A stretch of 62,104 bases of DNA, filler included, from Basidioascus undulatus (taxonomy: Eukaryota), in NCBI GenBank assembly GCA_000826855.1. It is 3 parts of 3 records of this genome, joined end to end, with 100 filler letters (N's around TTAATTAATTAA, not from the genome) between each part and the next. Parts side by side here need not be neighbours in the genome. Positions count along the whole stretch, not along the records: positions 41,486 to 62,104 come from JTLS01000365.1; 2 more parts are not named here. One strand, 5' to 3'. Under the pieces are notes generated by a model. That model worked only from the letters and a program-made list of their open reading frames with translations, was not told where the DNA came from and searched no databases. This document shows, in pieces, positions 48,363 to 60,845 of the stretch. The translations under genes and the position numbers were made by a program. Position 1 is the first letter of the stretch. Each line of letters opens with the position of its first letter.

Positions 48363-51300
48363 ATGGCGAGCAATATCAAGGTTGTCTGTCGGTACGTCCA
48401 GAGGACCTCCTGTCCCCATCCGACATCGCCGCTCATCCATCCGCTCGCTTCCCAGGTTCCGGCCCGGTCCGTGCCCTGTTCAGCGCCCCTTCGCCACACC
48501 ACGCACACAGCACTCACATCTTCTGTCCTTCATCCCCTCGTGCAGTCAACAAGATCGAGCTCGTCCAATACCCGCCAGATGGCAAGCCGGTCGTCCAGTT
48601 CGCGGACACGCTCGACCGCGTCATGCTCACCTCAGCTAGCATGCCCACGTCTGGGCCTGAGGCCCAGGGCTTCTCCTTCGATCGTGTCTTCCCTATGGGC
48701 ACGCAGCAGGCGGAGGTGCGTGGGGCTGGGCAGGCGGAGGGGAGCTGGGGCGGAGAGCGGGGGCGCTGACTTGGTCGCCTGGCTAGGTTTTCGAATATGG
48801 CGTGAGGGGAATTGTTGACGGTGAGTGTGTTGCTCGAGCTTGATGAACCATCTGTGGAGAAGAGAGTCAGGGGGCGTTGGTGGCTGCAAAGGAAGGGCGG
48901 GGAGATGAAGAGATTGGCATGGCGAATGGAACCGCAGGCTCATCTGTTCCCTCTCACTCTTCCTAGATGTCATCGCTGGCTACAACGGAACTGTCTTCGG
49001 TGCGCAATAATCCTGCGTTCTTCCCCCCATCTTCATAGCCACTCACACGCATCCACGCCAGCCTACGGCCAAACTGGCTCGGGCAAGACGTTCACCATGA
49101 TGGTGCGCTCCAGCCCGCTCGTGTGACATCCCGAACAAACGTGAACTGAACTGTTGTTGATAAACGGAATGTGCAGGGATCGGACATCGACGACCCCGAA
49201 TTGAAGGGTATCATCCCGCGCATCACCGAGCAGATCTTCGAGGCGATCATGACGTCCCCACCGAACATCGAGTACCTCGTCAAGGTCTCCTACATGGAGA
49301 TTTACATGGAGCGGATCCGCGACCTCCTTGCCCGTGCGTCCACCCGAGCGCGGCATGCAGCGTTGGGCGTTGGGCGATGGCAGCGGTGCTGAAATGGGGG
49401 GACCGGCACACAGCTCAAAAGGACAACCTGCAAGTGCATGAGGACAAGGTCAAGGGCGTGTACGTCAAGGGCTTGACGGACTATTACGTCTCCAACACGC
49501 GCGAGGTGTATGAGATCATGCGCCAAGGTGGACAGGCGCGGGTCGTCTCCTCAACAAGTGCGTTTCTGTCTTTTCACCTGGCAGTGGCATCTGCGAAGGC
49601 CGCGGAGCTCGGAACTGAGCATTCTTTGACTTTGCTGTCTAGACATGAACGCCGAGTCGTCCCGATCCCACTCTATCTTCCTGATCTCTATCGAGCAGAA
49701 GAACACCGATACAGGCATGTCGCGTGGCGAACGTATCCCTATGCGTAGCTGAGCATGGCGCGGGGCGTAAGCAGGGTCGGTCAAGACGGGCAACTTGTTC
49801 CTTGTCGACTTGGCGGGTTCGGAGAAGGTACGTTGGAAGGCGGTCTCCGCGGGGCGCAGCGTCGGAGGGCGTGTTGCTGAGCGGGTGCCGTGGTATTGCG
49901 CAGATCGGCAAGACGGGGGCGACCGGCCAGACGTTGGAGGAGGCGAAGAAGATCAACAAGAGCTTATCGGCGTTGGGCATGGTCATCAATGCGCTGACGG
50001 ACGGGAAAGTGAGTCGATCTTTCAAGCTGCAGTCGTGACTTGAGCTGGCTATGATGCTGACATGCGGATGCACAGTCCTCGCACATCCCCTACCGCGACT
50101 CCAAACTCACGCGTATCCTGCAAGAATCCCTTGGTGGTAACTCCCGAACCACGCTCATCATCAAGTGCGTCTTAAGCTTGCGGCGGTATGGTCAGTTGAT
50201 GCTGATCATCACTCTGTGCTGCAGCTGCTCACCATCCGACTACAATGAGGCGGAGACGCTCTCGACCCTGCGCTTCGGTATGCGGTATGTCCCGTTTTGA
50301 GCTTGATCCGCGTGGCGGGATTGGAAACTGAAGCTTGCCTGTCCACAGCGCCAAGTCGATCAAGAACAAGGCGCGCGTCAACGCTGAACTGTCCCCCGCC
50401 GAACTCAAGGCGCTACTCAAGAAAGCGCAGCGCGACAAGCTCGCTTACGAGCAATACATCTCCGCGATGGAGGCGGAGCTCGCGCTGTGGCGGGCAGGCA
50501 AAACGGTGCCGAAGGAGGAGTGGGCGACGTCGGACAACGCCGCCGTCCTCGCCGCCGCCGGTGCCGCCGCGTCCAAGCGCTCGAGCGGCACGACGACGCC
50601 CGGCCGGCCAGCGTCCGCCTTGTCCAACCCTGCTCTCGAGGGCCTCCGCGAGGCGGAGAGCAGGCCGATGACGCCCACGCCTACCGGCCTCGACAAGGAC
50701 GAGCGCGACGACTTCCTCAAGCGCGAGGGGGAGCTCAACGACCAGCTCGCGGAGAAAGCGAGTCCTGAGTGCTAGTGTGCTGGAGGTTGCGTGCTGTGTA
50801 GACTAACCGGGTGACTGTGCGGTTCTGGGTCGCAGGAGCACGCCCTGGCGGAGCTGGAGAAGATCGTCAACGAGATCAAGACGGAGCTCGAGTACTACAA
50901 GAAGTCCGCGGACGGCTTGAGCAAGGCAAGTACATCTTGCGGAACCCAAGAAGCTTGTCGTTGGGGCGTGCAACCCGTGACTGACCACCGCTTAATTCGC
51001 CGTTGCAGGAGAACGCCTCGTTCCGGACGGAGCTGTCCGACCTCCGCTTGAACCACGAGCGCCTCCAGTACGAGCAGAAGGACACGCTCATCAACCTGGA
51101 CGTCCTACGCGACAAGAACGTCGAGTTGACGGCTGGGATCGAGGAGCTTGGCGTGCGTCCTACCTGCTTTCAAGGCGGGGCGAAGGATTACGGGCTGCCG
51201 ATGCTGATTCCTGCTGGACTGGGGTTTGCAGAAAGCGCTCGAGGAGGCCAAGGCTGCCCAGCGGGACAGCGCGGCGGAGGACCTGGAGAAGAAGAAGGCG

Positions 51301-53094
51301 GAGAAGATGGCTCAGATGATGGCCAAGTTCGAAGCGGTAAGGCAATCCGGCTTTGTTTCTGTGGTGCGCCCTTGATCCTGACATGATGGACGCTGTGGCA
51401 GACGGGCTTCTCGGACAAGGACGACGAGCTCCGCGCGATGCTCGCCAAGCTCGACGGTATCGACTCGAGCGACTCGACCCGCGGCGCGCTCACCTCGGAC
51501 GACCTCGCCGCGCTCCGCCGGCACCTTATCGAGGGGCAGACGCTCGCGCGCGAGACGCAGGAGAAGCTTCGCAAGAACGAGGAGGAGAACGAGGCGCTCG
51601 TCAAGCGCAAGGACGAAGTCGAGGCAAGGTTGCATTCGCTCGAGGCGGAGTACGAGGAGCTCCTCGGTGCGTTGAGACCTTCACATGAGGGAAGGCAGCA
51701 AGGGAGGGAGGGGATTAGTTACTGAACTGGGTGCTCTGGGCGTTGCAGAGAAGTCGATCGCGGACGAGGAGGCCGGCCACGCCGACATCCAGGAGTCGAT
51801 CGCCGCCATCAAGGTTCGCGCTTTCGCGGTCTTCCTCCGACGATATCCGCTGCTGACGAGTACCTGCTCTGCGCGGCCCGCAGGAGAAGCTTGAGGCGCA
51901 GTACAGCGCCAAGCGCGAGAAGCTCGAGGCGGAGTCGCTCGACCTGCGGCAGCTGGTCGAGCATAAGAACACCGAGAACAAGGACCTGGGCGCGCAGGTC
52001 AAGAGCCTTCAGGACCTCAACGACGAGCTCAAGCGCGCCTTCGCCGTTACATCCGCGGGCATCGAGGGCGGCAAGAACCTCGCGGAGAGCGCGCGAGAGC
52101 TCGAGCGCACGCGCAAGGGCCTCGCCCAGCAGCTCGCCGACTTCGAGGGAATGAAGAAGTCGCTCATGCGGTGCGTGCCTTCGTTCGCGTTCCATCCCGC
52201 AAGGACGAGTGGTCGCTGACCATGCGTTTCTCACTTACAGTGACCTGCAGAACCGCTGCGAGAAGGTCGTCGAGCTGGAGATTGAGCTCGACCAGTACAA
52301 GGAGGTGGATTGCCTCAGCCTTTAACGCTTGGTGGGTACGGGCTCACGTTGATTTATTGCAGCAATACAACACCGTCCTGCGGAGCACCAACAACAAGGC
52401 GCAGCAGAAGAAGATGGCGTTCCTCGAGCGTAACTTGGAGCAGCTCACCGTCGTGCAGAAGGGCGTACGTCTCTACTGTCGCGTTCTTTCTGCTGTACTG
52501 CCTTCGCTTGCTGAACCAGTTTCCTTCTGTAGCTCGTCGAGCAGAACACCCAGCTGAAGAAGGAGGTCGCTGTCGCGGAGCGCAAGCTGCTCGCGCGCGC
52601 CGAGCGCGTTCACAACCTCGAGGGAATGCTCCGCGACTCGGAGATGAAGCTCGAGAAGAAGAACCGGGAGCTCGAGGACCAGATGAACAGCTTCCGCGAG
52701 CGCGTGCAGAAGGCGCATCGTACGTTTCCTGTTCTCCGCCCGGCTTAACCAGGCTGGCAAGCTCATCGTCGTCTTGCTTCCACAGTGGCGAAGGAGGCCC
52801 GGAGTGCACCTGGGCTCAACTTCGGCCGTATCGCCAAGCCTTTGCGGGTGCGTCGTATTTGCTTACCATCTGTAACAGTACATTCGACTGATGACTATGC
52901 CGCACAGGGTGGTGGTGCCGCCGGCCCCACGGCTCCTCCCACCCCCTCCGGCGCGAACCCCCTTGCGCGTGTGGCCGAGGACGGCAGCGCCTCGAGTGAG
53001 AACCTCGCGTACATTGAGTTCCGGACCAGACCGCTGACATGCACCTCTTCATTCAACAGACAAGCGCGCGTCCTGGTTCTTCTCCGGCAAGTGA
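48363..53094 (+). CDS. Kinesin-1 (conventional kinesin) heavy chain, more than 20 exons
   Basis: [27 protein letters not shown]-loop, [70 protein letters not shown] tail, [10 protein letters not shown]. Confidence 0.97.
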
Positions 53095-54608
53095 TCGTCC
53101 GCACTGTCGTACTTACCATCGTCCTCTCCTCTCCTTTTGTTCGCTATCTACCGTACAGCTCGTCATTTTGCTCTTGCATGCATACGCTCCCACAGCGATA
53201 CCCTATTCCTTCGTCGTTCGTTTTTCATTTTGGCTAGAGCTGTACTCCGCCGCTTTTCACACATCCCGCATACACATGCTCTTTTGCATCCCAACCTGCG
53301 AGCCAGCATGTCTGGGCGTCCAACTGTCATGTGACTCACGTCCATCCTGGGCCGTCTGACGGGCTCTCCCCTCGTGTTGCTGGGCTACACAATGAGAAAA
53401 GTCTCCAGGATTAACAAGTAAGTCTCCAACACGCTCAGCGTGTGCCCACTCTTCGATGAAGACAACGAGCGACAAAAAATCGTGCATGTACGTCGCAGGC
53501 TGGCTGCGGTGAAACGCAATCGTCCAGCTGCCAAACCCCACACGCGGGCAAATGGGTACCCTTCGATAATCTTGGGTGCGTGTCTGCGTCTCAATGTCGG
53601 TGAGGAACGAAGGGCAGCGCTGATGCTCTACCTTCGTGCCAAAAGACAACTGGGCGTTCGATGCCGCTGACTACAAGCTCATCGCTGTGGGGTCGGCTTC
53701 GGTCTCATCTCGCACTATCGCTCGTACCAGGTATGCTTGCTCGTAATTCTTCTCGGATTGTTGCAGCAGCAACTGATGTTTACCTACCGTTTCTGTGTTC
53801 CAGACGGATACGGTGAGGATCCATATTTCGTGCGATTGTGCGTTGCGAGAGCTGACGATTCGTTGCCTGAAGGCTCTCGTTTGTCACCGCGGAATCCACA
53901 AGCCGCCCCAAACGATCGACTATAAGTTTTGCAACACGGCCTAGGCGTTCTGGAGCTTATCGAAGTTTGCGTCGGAGGTCAAGGGCGGTTGATCCAGAAC
54001 GGGCTCGTCGTGATGCATATCGTTCAAACTGGTGTGCTGCGTGGAAACTTGGCAACATTAGCACTGGTCGATCTGTGTGTGCTGCATGTTCATTCGGACA
54101 TGATTATTCCTTGTTATTCCCAGTTTGACGTGGACGAGGATGTGGACTTAGTGTGGGTCGACACTCCCGGAGTGCAGCACGTCTTGCTGCGAAGTCGCCT
54201 GTGCACCTGCATCTCACGGTCCATGACAGGTTAGAATCGGAAGTTTGAAACATTTTCTTGGGCTGCCTTTATCACATGTGACGTTTCTTACTCAAAGCCG
54301 AGTATCCCCTGGGATGTGGAGCGCTCTGTGCGGCTGTTACCGCCCTGGCCACTTACAGTAGTGGACTGGCACGTCTAGTTACCTTGCCTGAAATCATTGA
54401 GGGATCCAACGAAGAGAAAATTGGACCTGGGCCAGGCCCACATCGCAGAGCATGCGGACAGCGCGCAGTCAATCTGGCAGAACGAAGACGACCTCGAAAT
54501 CATTTCTGTTCATTACTACATCGCATTACAGTCATAAGACAACCCGATAAAGGCAACGCCCACTCAATACACGACATCTCATCCACAAACAAAATCATTG
54601 CGCAGAGC

Positions 54609-56333
54609 TCAGTCGATCTTAACCACCACCTTACCGCGTGCCCGTCCGCTCTTGAGCTTCTTGTAAGCCTCCGGCACCTGGTGGAACGGATACACCGAGT
54701 CCACGATGGTTTTGATATTGCCTACCCTCCCTCGCCCACGTCAGAGCCGGCGCGCGCCTAGGAAATTAAGGCCACAGTACCCTCTTCGATCAGCTTCGTC
54801 AGCGCCAGCAGCTTGTCCTGGCTCGCTTTGAAGAGGACGTAGCTGTAAAAGTGGTTAAGTCCTTAGTTAAATGACGTAACATGAAAGCCCCGGCAGAAAC
54901 GTACCGGAACTCCCTCGGTGTTCCACCCAGGATTCTCGGGCGGGCGATAGTCCCAACGAGCTTCGCGGCGTCGACCGCGGAGAAGATGTCTCCCCCAATG
55001 CACACGAATGGCTTGCCCTCCTTGAGGTACGCAGGCGAACGCTTGAACACGTCTGGGGAGGCGATACAATCGAGGACGAGGTCGAACTGCTTGTCGGGCG
55101 CGGAGAAGGACGCCTCGAGCTGAGCGGGAAGAGGGCCGGTCGTGTAGTCGATCGCCTGGAGACGGAATAAGGTGAGATTTGGGGTGGATGGGAGGAAGAG
55201 GAGGATATGGAGGGGAGGTACCTCGTTTGCACCGACGGACTTGACGAGGTCGAAGTTCCGCGAGGAGCACGAGACGGCGACGAATGAGGCGCCTTTGACT
55301 TTGGCGATCTGGAGGGGGACAGTTGAGCGATGCAGGACAGGGGTGAAGTAGAATCACACGCGCACCTGAATTGCCCACAGCCCGACCGTAGTAGATCCGC
55401 CCTGCACGCGCGGTGTGTGAGCGCAAGTGGACGCGGCTCAGGTCAGCGTGGAAGACGCTCACGTTGATGAACAGGCGATCGCCTGGTTGGAGACCAGGCC
55501 AGTTCTTGGTCGGTTCCTAGTGGAAAAGGCTGTTAGATGGGTTTCGACACAGGGCGACTGGACCGAAGAAGAAGACGTACCAGCAAGGCTTCGTAGGCAG
55601 TCTGACCCGTCAGCGGGACGCCCGCAGCCTCCTCCCAGCTGATGTTCTTAGGCTTGTGCACTATCAAGTCCGCCTGAGAAGTTGTCTTTGTTAAATTGCA
55701 GTCGGGTTTCGATCAAGTGCGGGTAACTAGGTAACTATGGACCTTAGGGGTTGTGTACTCCGCAATCGCTCCTTTCCCGGTCTTGAACGCTTCATCGGCC
55801 GGGATGATTCCGAGTACTCTGTGCACCATGAGCCCTCGAACAGATCAGAATATTTTCCAGGAAAGCCATGTGAAGAAAAGAGTACTTACTCGTCGCCGAC
55901 TTTCCACGACGAGCCGTTTGGATCAACCACGACGCCCGCGAGATCCGACTCGACCACCGCGGGGCGTTTAAACAGCACGTTCGGAAGGAACGCGAGAAGC
56001 TTGTAGTACCTGCGTACCTCCCACAAATTAGCAAGACAGTAGTTGGTATGCGAGAGTAGGGATCGTTCGAAAGAGTAGAATCGTCCGAAACTTACACCGG
56101 GTTCAGAGCGGCCGCTTTCGTCTGGACGAGAACCTCCCCCTTCTCGGGATGAGGCACCGGTACATCCTTGTCGAGCTTGACGACGTCCTCGGGTTTACCC
56201 CAGCTGTGGGCCCGCTGGGAGGGAGTGGGAGGAGTCAGGTTCTGCCAAATTTCCCGCGTGCTAGGTAGGAATGGTCGGTGCGCACCCAGGCCCGTTGAGT
56301 AGGAGGAAGTCCGGCTGCGGTCGTTGTGGCCAT
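54609..56333 (-). CDS. Medium-chain dehydrogenase/reductase, zinc-independent quinone/enoyl reductase-like
   Basis: PVPHPEKGEVLVQTKAAALNPV, ESDLAGVVV, NGGSTTVGLWAIQIAK, AIDY, IVDSVYPF...GRARGKVVVKID*. Confidence 0.9.
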
Positions 56334-56565
56334 ACTGTAAATATGAGTTGCACAACGGGCGAAAAGGTTTCTGATGAGATATGTGTGGCAAAGAAAGGTG
56401 ATAAGGAGCGGAAGAGAAGGGAGGAGCAGGGGAGCAGGGCAAGAAGACGCGACTGCTCTCGCACGCCCACGTGATTGCGTCATTTGGCAGGGCACCTCTT
56501 ACCTCTTTCAAGCTTCTCCAACCCTTCTCACGCACAGCACCGTTACCATATCGTCAGACATTTGA

Positions 56566-59072
56566 ATGGCACCAAGCGTAGATTCCTCCAAGCCGCCGCA
56601 GAGGCGCAGCGAGGAAGACAGCCACGCCCACCAAGTGCGCCCTTCCACCCCACGGACGAACCATCTACGCACGAGCAGGACTTGACCGCCTCGCGGCACT
56701 ACAGATCTTCAGGAACCACCATCCTGCTCACCGACACCATGCGAAGCCCCCAAAGAAGGACGACAAGGAGACCGTCCCGGGCATCCGCCATCCGGGTGCG
56801 ACGGGCGTGATCTACTGCACGGATCGGGCGATGGCGCACGGATTCGACCCTGCACGGCCTGAGGACGGGTGGGCGAATTTTGGACAGGGGGCGGTAAGCA
56901 ATAACTTCCTATCTCTCTGATGTTGGTTGTTGTGAAGCTGATGGTGTACGGCTGGCAGCCCGAGGTGGGACCCATCGCTGGTGCCTCCGAACGACCGAAC
57001 TTCATCCCGCTCGAGAACTTCCTCGACAACGAGTATGCGCCTACGGCTGGGGTCAAGGAGCTTCGAGGTGAGCCTGATCATCCCCGTGTCTCCGGCGATG
57101 CTCTGAGCCTCCTGATCCTTGACCTTCTCCCGCCCTCCGGCGATGTTCTTTCTCTTGCAGAGGCGGTCGCGAACCTCTACAACGTCTCGTACCGGTCCGA
57201 CAAGGAGAGCAAGTATACGGCGGAGAACGTGTGCATCGTCCCCGGAGGGAGAGCAGGCATGTCGCGACTGGCTTCCGTAGTGGGCGACGGTCCGTTACCC
57301 CTTCACATCTGCGTGTGCCTCAGTGTGCTGATGTTCTCCCCAATGAGCAGTGTACTGTGGATACCAGGTGCCGGAGTACACCGCGTACTCGGACATCATG
57401 TCTGTATTCAGGAGGCTTGTTCCGATCGTAAGCGTAATTTGAGGCTTTCGGAAACCATCTGCTGACCGCGTTGTGCAGCCCACGGCGCTGAGGGAGGACG
57501 ACGACTACAAAATGCACCTCGGTAAACTGAAAGTGCGTTTCTTACCCTTTTCTTGCTCCTCAGGAACGTTTTCCCGTCTTACACTCAATTGCGAGTCGCA
57601 ACAGGAAGACATCAAGAACCAAGGACTGAGCGTTATCGTCGCGTCCAACCCGCGCAATCCTACGGGCCATGTGATCGGGTACGTGCGGTCGCACTTGGGC
57701 AATTCCCAAACAAGGTGCTGACGATCGTGCGTTGAGGGCAGTGGAAAGGACCTAGAGGATCTAGTAGGGGTGGCTAAGAGCAAGATGGCGACGCTGCTTT
57801 TGGATGAATTCTACAGCTGGTCAGTCTTGAATAAACTGCTCTCTATCACCCTGTATTTAGTTAAATTTCTCCGCAGGTACCTCTACCCCGAATCAAAAGC
57901 CGAGCTGGGAGACTGTCTCTCCGCCGCGCGCTACGTCGACGGTACTGCTCTCGTCCCCACTCTGCCCCCCACAACCGCGAACTGGACTGAGCGTGCCTCT
58001 GCCTCGATCTAGAGGTCAACGAAGACCCCGTTGTAGTTGTCGACGGGCTGACCAAGAACTGGCGTCTTCCCGGCTGGCGCATCTGCTGGGTGGTCGGGCC
58101 GAAGGACGTCATTTCCGCGCTGTCGCAGTCGGGTGCGTTTACTTTACCCTTCACTTATGAGCAGCAGACGCTCAAATAAGGGGACCAGGGTCATTCCTTG
58201 ACGGCGGGGCAAGCCATGTGTACGTTGTGCAGCGTCTTTGCCTTGCTTCGTGCACTCACAGACTGTCTGCTCGTCGCAGGCTCCAGAAAGCTGCGCTCCC
58301 GCTCCTCTCCCCCGAGCGCGTGCACCAAGACCGGGTACGCTTCCCTCTCCTATCCCACTGACCTGATGCTGAAACGCGCACCCGCAGATCGCCCTCCAAA
58401 AGCACTTCAAATCCAAGCGGGACCATGTCCTGTCCCGCCTGCGGTGGATGGACCTACACGTCCCCGTCCCGCCCACATCGACGTTCTACATCTGGGTCGA
58501 CCTCCGCGGCCTGCCGGAGCCGATCGATAATGGGCTGGCATTCTTCGAGGCGGCGCTGAAGGAGAAGGTTATTGTGGTGTACGTTGCGGTGTCAGGAGAA
58601 CGGCAAGATGTACTACTGACTGAAGGTGGGACGGTGTAGGCCGGGAATCTTGTGCGTCGCGATTCACGATCGATGACGCGAACTTGGGGTGGTTCGGTCA
58701 GTCGCAGAGCTAGAGGCAGACCTTTTGTGCAACTGCAGCTTCGACATCAACCCGTCTCATCGGCGCGACCTTTTCGACTCGCCGTGCCACCGTGCGTCTC
58801 CCTCTCCCTCCATCTTCCTCCCCCACAACTATAATTAACATCCCGCCTGTCCGCCGAATCAGATTTCATCCGCCTGTCATTCGGGCCCGACATCGACACG
58901 CTCAACCGGGGTACGTCTGGACACCCCGCGGCGAATGCTTGCAACAGTGGCTGATGAGGTGGGGACAGGCCTCGAAGGGCTCGAGCGACTCCTCAAGCGC
59001 GCGAGAGAGGGCGACCCGGAACTGCATAGCCCGCCATTGCAGGAGCGGAAGGAGCGGAGCACGGGGGCTTGA
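56566..59072 (+). CDS. PLP-dependent aminotransferase class I/II, multi-exon
   Basis: WANFGQGAPEVG, EYAPTAGVKELR, IVPGGRAGMSR, SNPRNPTG, LDEFYS, DGLTKNWRLPGWRICW (PLP Lys), STFYIW, RLSFGP. Confidence 0.92.
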
Positions 59073-59361
59073 TGGGTGAGAGAGGGAGGGGGTTGTGTGG
59101 GGAGGATCAGTACGATGAGCGAATGGGCGTGATGTGAAGTGCGAGCTCGAACGAGCAGACGAGATGCGAAATGGTGTTAGCGAGAAACGCAAACGGAAGC
59201 CAAACCGCAGCGACGATGAGCGGCAATAAGCGTTGGCAATCGATCGACGTGCATGAAGTTATCGCGGCAAAACAGCCGAAGCGATTTACGAAGTGCGATA
59301 ATAATCGAGAGTGTTCGAATCGGGTAATACTGTTCACGTCCCCTGCCCTCCTCGTAGCGAA

Positions 59362-60742
59362 TCACGAGCGCTCCTTGTTCCATTTGACCAGATCCGCAAA
59401 CTTGACCTGCTTGCCCCCGAAAATGTCCAGCGCGCTGCGTACACAGAAAAAATACGCAAAGAGGGAAGAGTTCAGCGGGTGTGGGGCTTCAAGGAAGTGT
59501 GAAGGAGGACGTACCTCCCGAACGTCAGGTCCACCTTGCCGTGCGAGAGGCGGTCGACAAGGTCGAGGTCGGAGACATCTATTCGGTGCAAGCCCAAAGG
59601 CGGGAGAGGCTCAATACAGGAAGATGGAAGGGCATGGCGGGTGAAGGAGAGAAAGACGCACCCCGCGCACCACCCGCGTACGTCGTCGGGATCGTCACCC
59701 ACTCGCCGAGTCCTGTCCGGGCGCCCACTCATGAGCCTGACGACGAAGCGAGGGAGAGTGCTAGTGAGCGCGAGGCAAGACGTACGCCGCACGAGGTCTT
59801 CGTCGATCCCTTGGCACAGCCCTTCGACGTCCGCAGCGTGGATGAGGAACTCTGAGCAGTGCTCGGCGAGGAGGTCGAGGGACTCTGGGGTGTCCGAATT
59901 CACGAGTCAGCTTTATCGTTAGTGAACACTGACGGAGAGGAAGAGGGACGGACGCTTGTTGACCTCCATGTCCGTCAAGTCCTGCCACTTGTTCATCGCG
60001 ACTACCCACTTGTCGTCTCGCCGGCGGCAGCTGAGGAGTGGGCCACACGTCCGTGTGAGGGTTGGGGGGGAGGAGGGCTGGAATTTGCAGGGGAGGGAGG
60101 AGACGCGCACCTGACGTCCACGACTAGCCGCTCCTTCCCCACTTTCTCGCACAGCGATTTCAGGCGCTCGAGGGAGAACTTGGCGGAGGGGAAGAGGTAG
60201 GAGGTGACGATGACCTGTGCCGGGGTCGGGGATGAGCACGAGCTGGTCCTGCGCTGAGGCGTGCGGAGGAAGGGGCACCTTCTCCGCGCCGGCGTCTATC
60301 CATGACTGCGCATTGGAATCCATGATTCCACCGCCGACTTGCAGGCCCTCTGTCCCGAAGATCGCAAGTGAGTGACCTTCGGTTTGTTCAGGGAAGGGAA
60401 GAAGGGGAGACACGCACTCGGCCAAGCCCCCAACGCCTCCCTCGCCGCCTCATCGTTCCCCGGCCCCAGCTTGATAACATGCCCTCCCGTCAGCCCATTC
60501 TCCCTGTACATCTTCCCGAACTCCGCCGGGGTCTGGCTGCGGTCGCGTGCACTCGGATGAGCTCTCCTCCCTCCCCAGAAAGCGAGTACAGCGCCCACGC
60601 ACGTCGCGACGAAGTTGGTCTTGAGCAGGGACTCATCGGTCCCGAGTGTCCCTCCGACGATCTGCTTGACTACGCCTGCGTGGAGGTCGATGCAGGGTCG
60701 GAAGAGCGACGTCCGGCGCTTAGAGGCGGAGGAGGGGGACAT
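59362..60742 (-). CDS. HIS6: ProFAR isomerase (histidine biosynthesis), eukaryotic His6 type
   Basis: [79 protein letters not shown]. Confidence 0.96.
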
Positions 60743-60845
60743 GGTGGTGAGCGTGGGAGTCTGAGGAAGGCAACTTTCCGAGCCGGTCTTCTGGTTTCGC
60801 CTGTCGAGCGGCTTCTTGCCTTACGCTTCCATCTCGCTCGCCGTT

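Noticed and set aside
53340..54500. Short ORFs between the kinesin and MDR genes; similar ones at 14230-15900 and 24350-25350
   Set aside because: No recognisable motifs, codon bias or consistent splice model.
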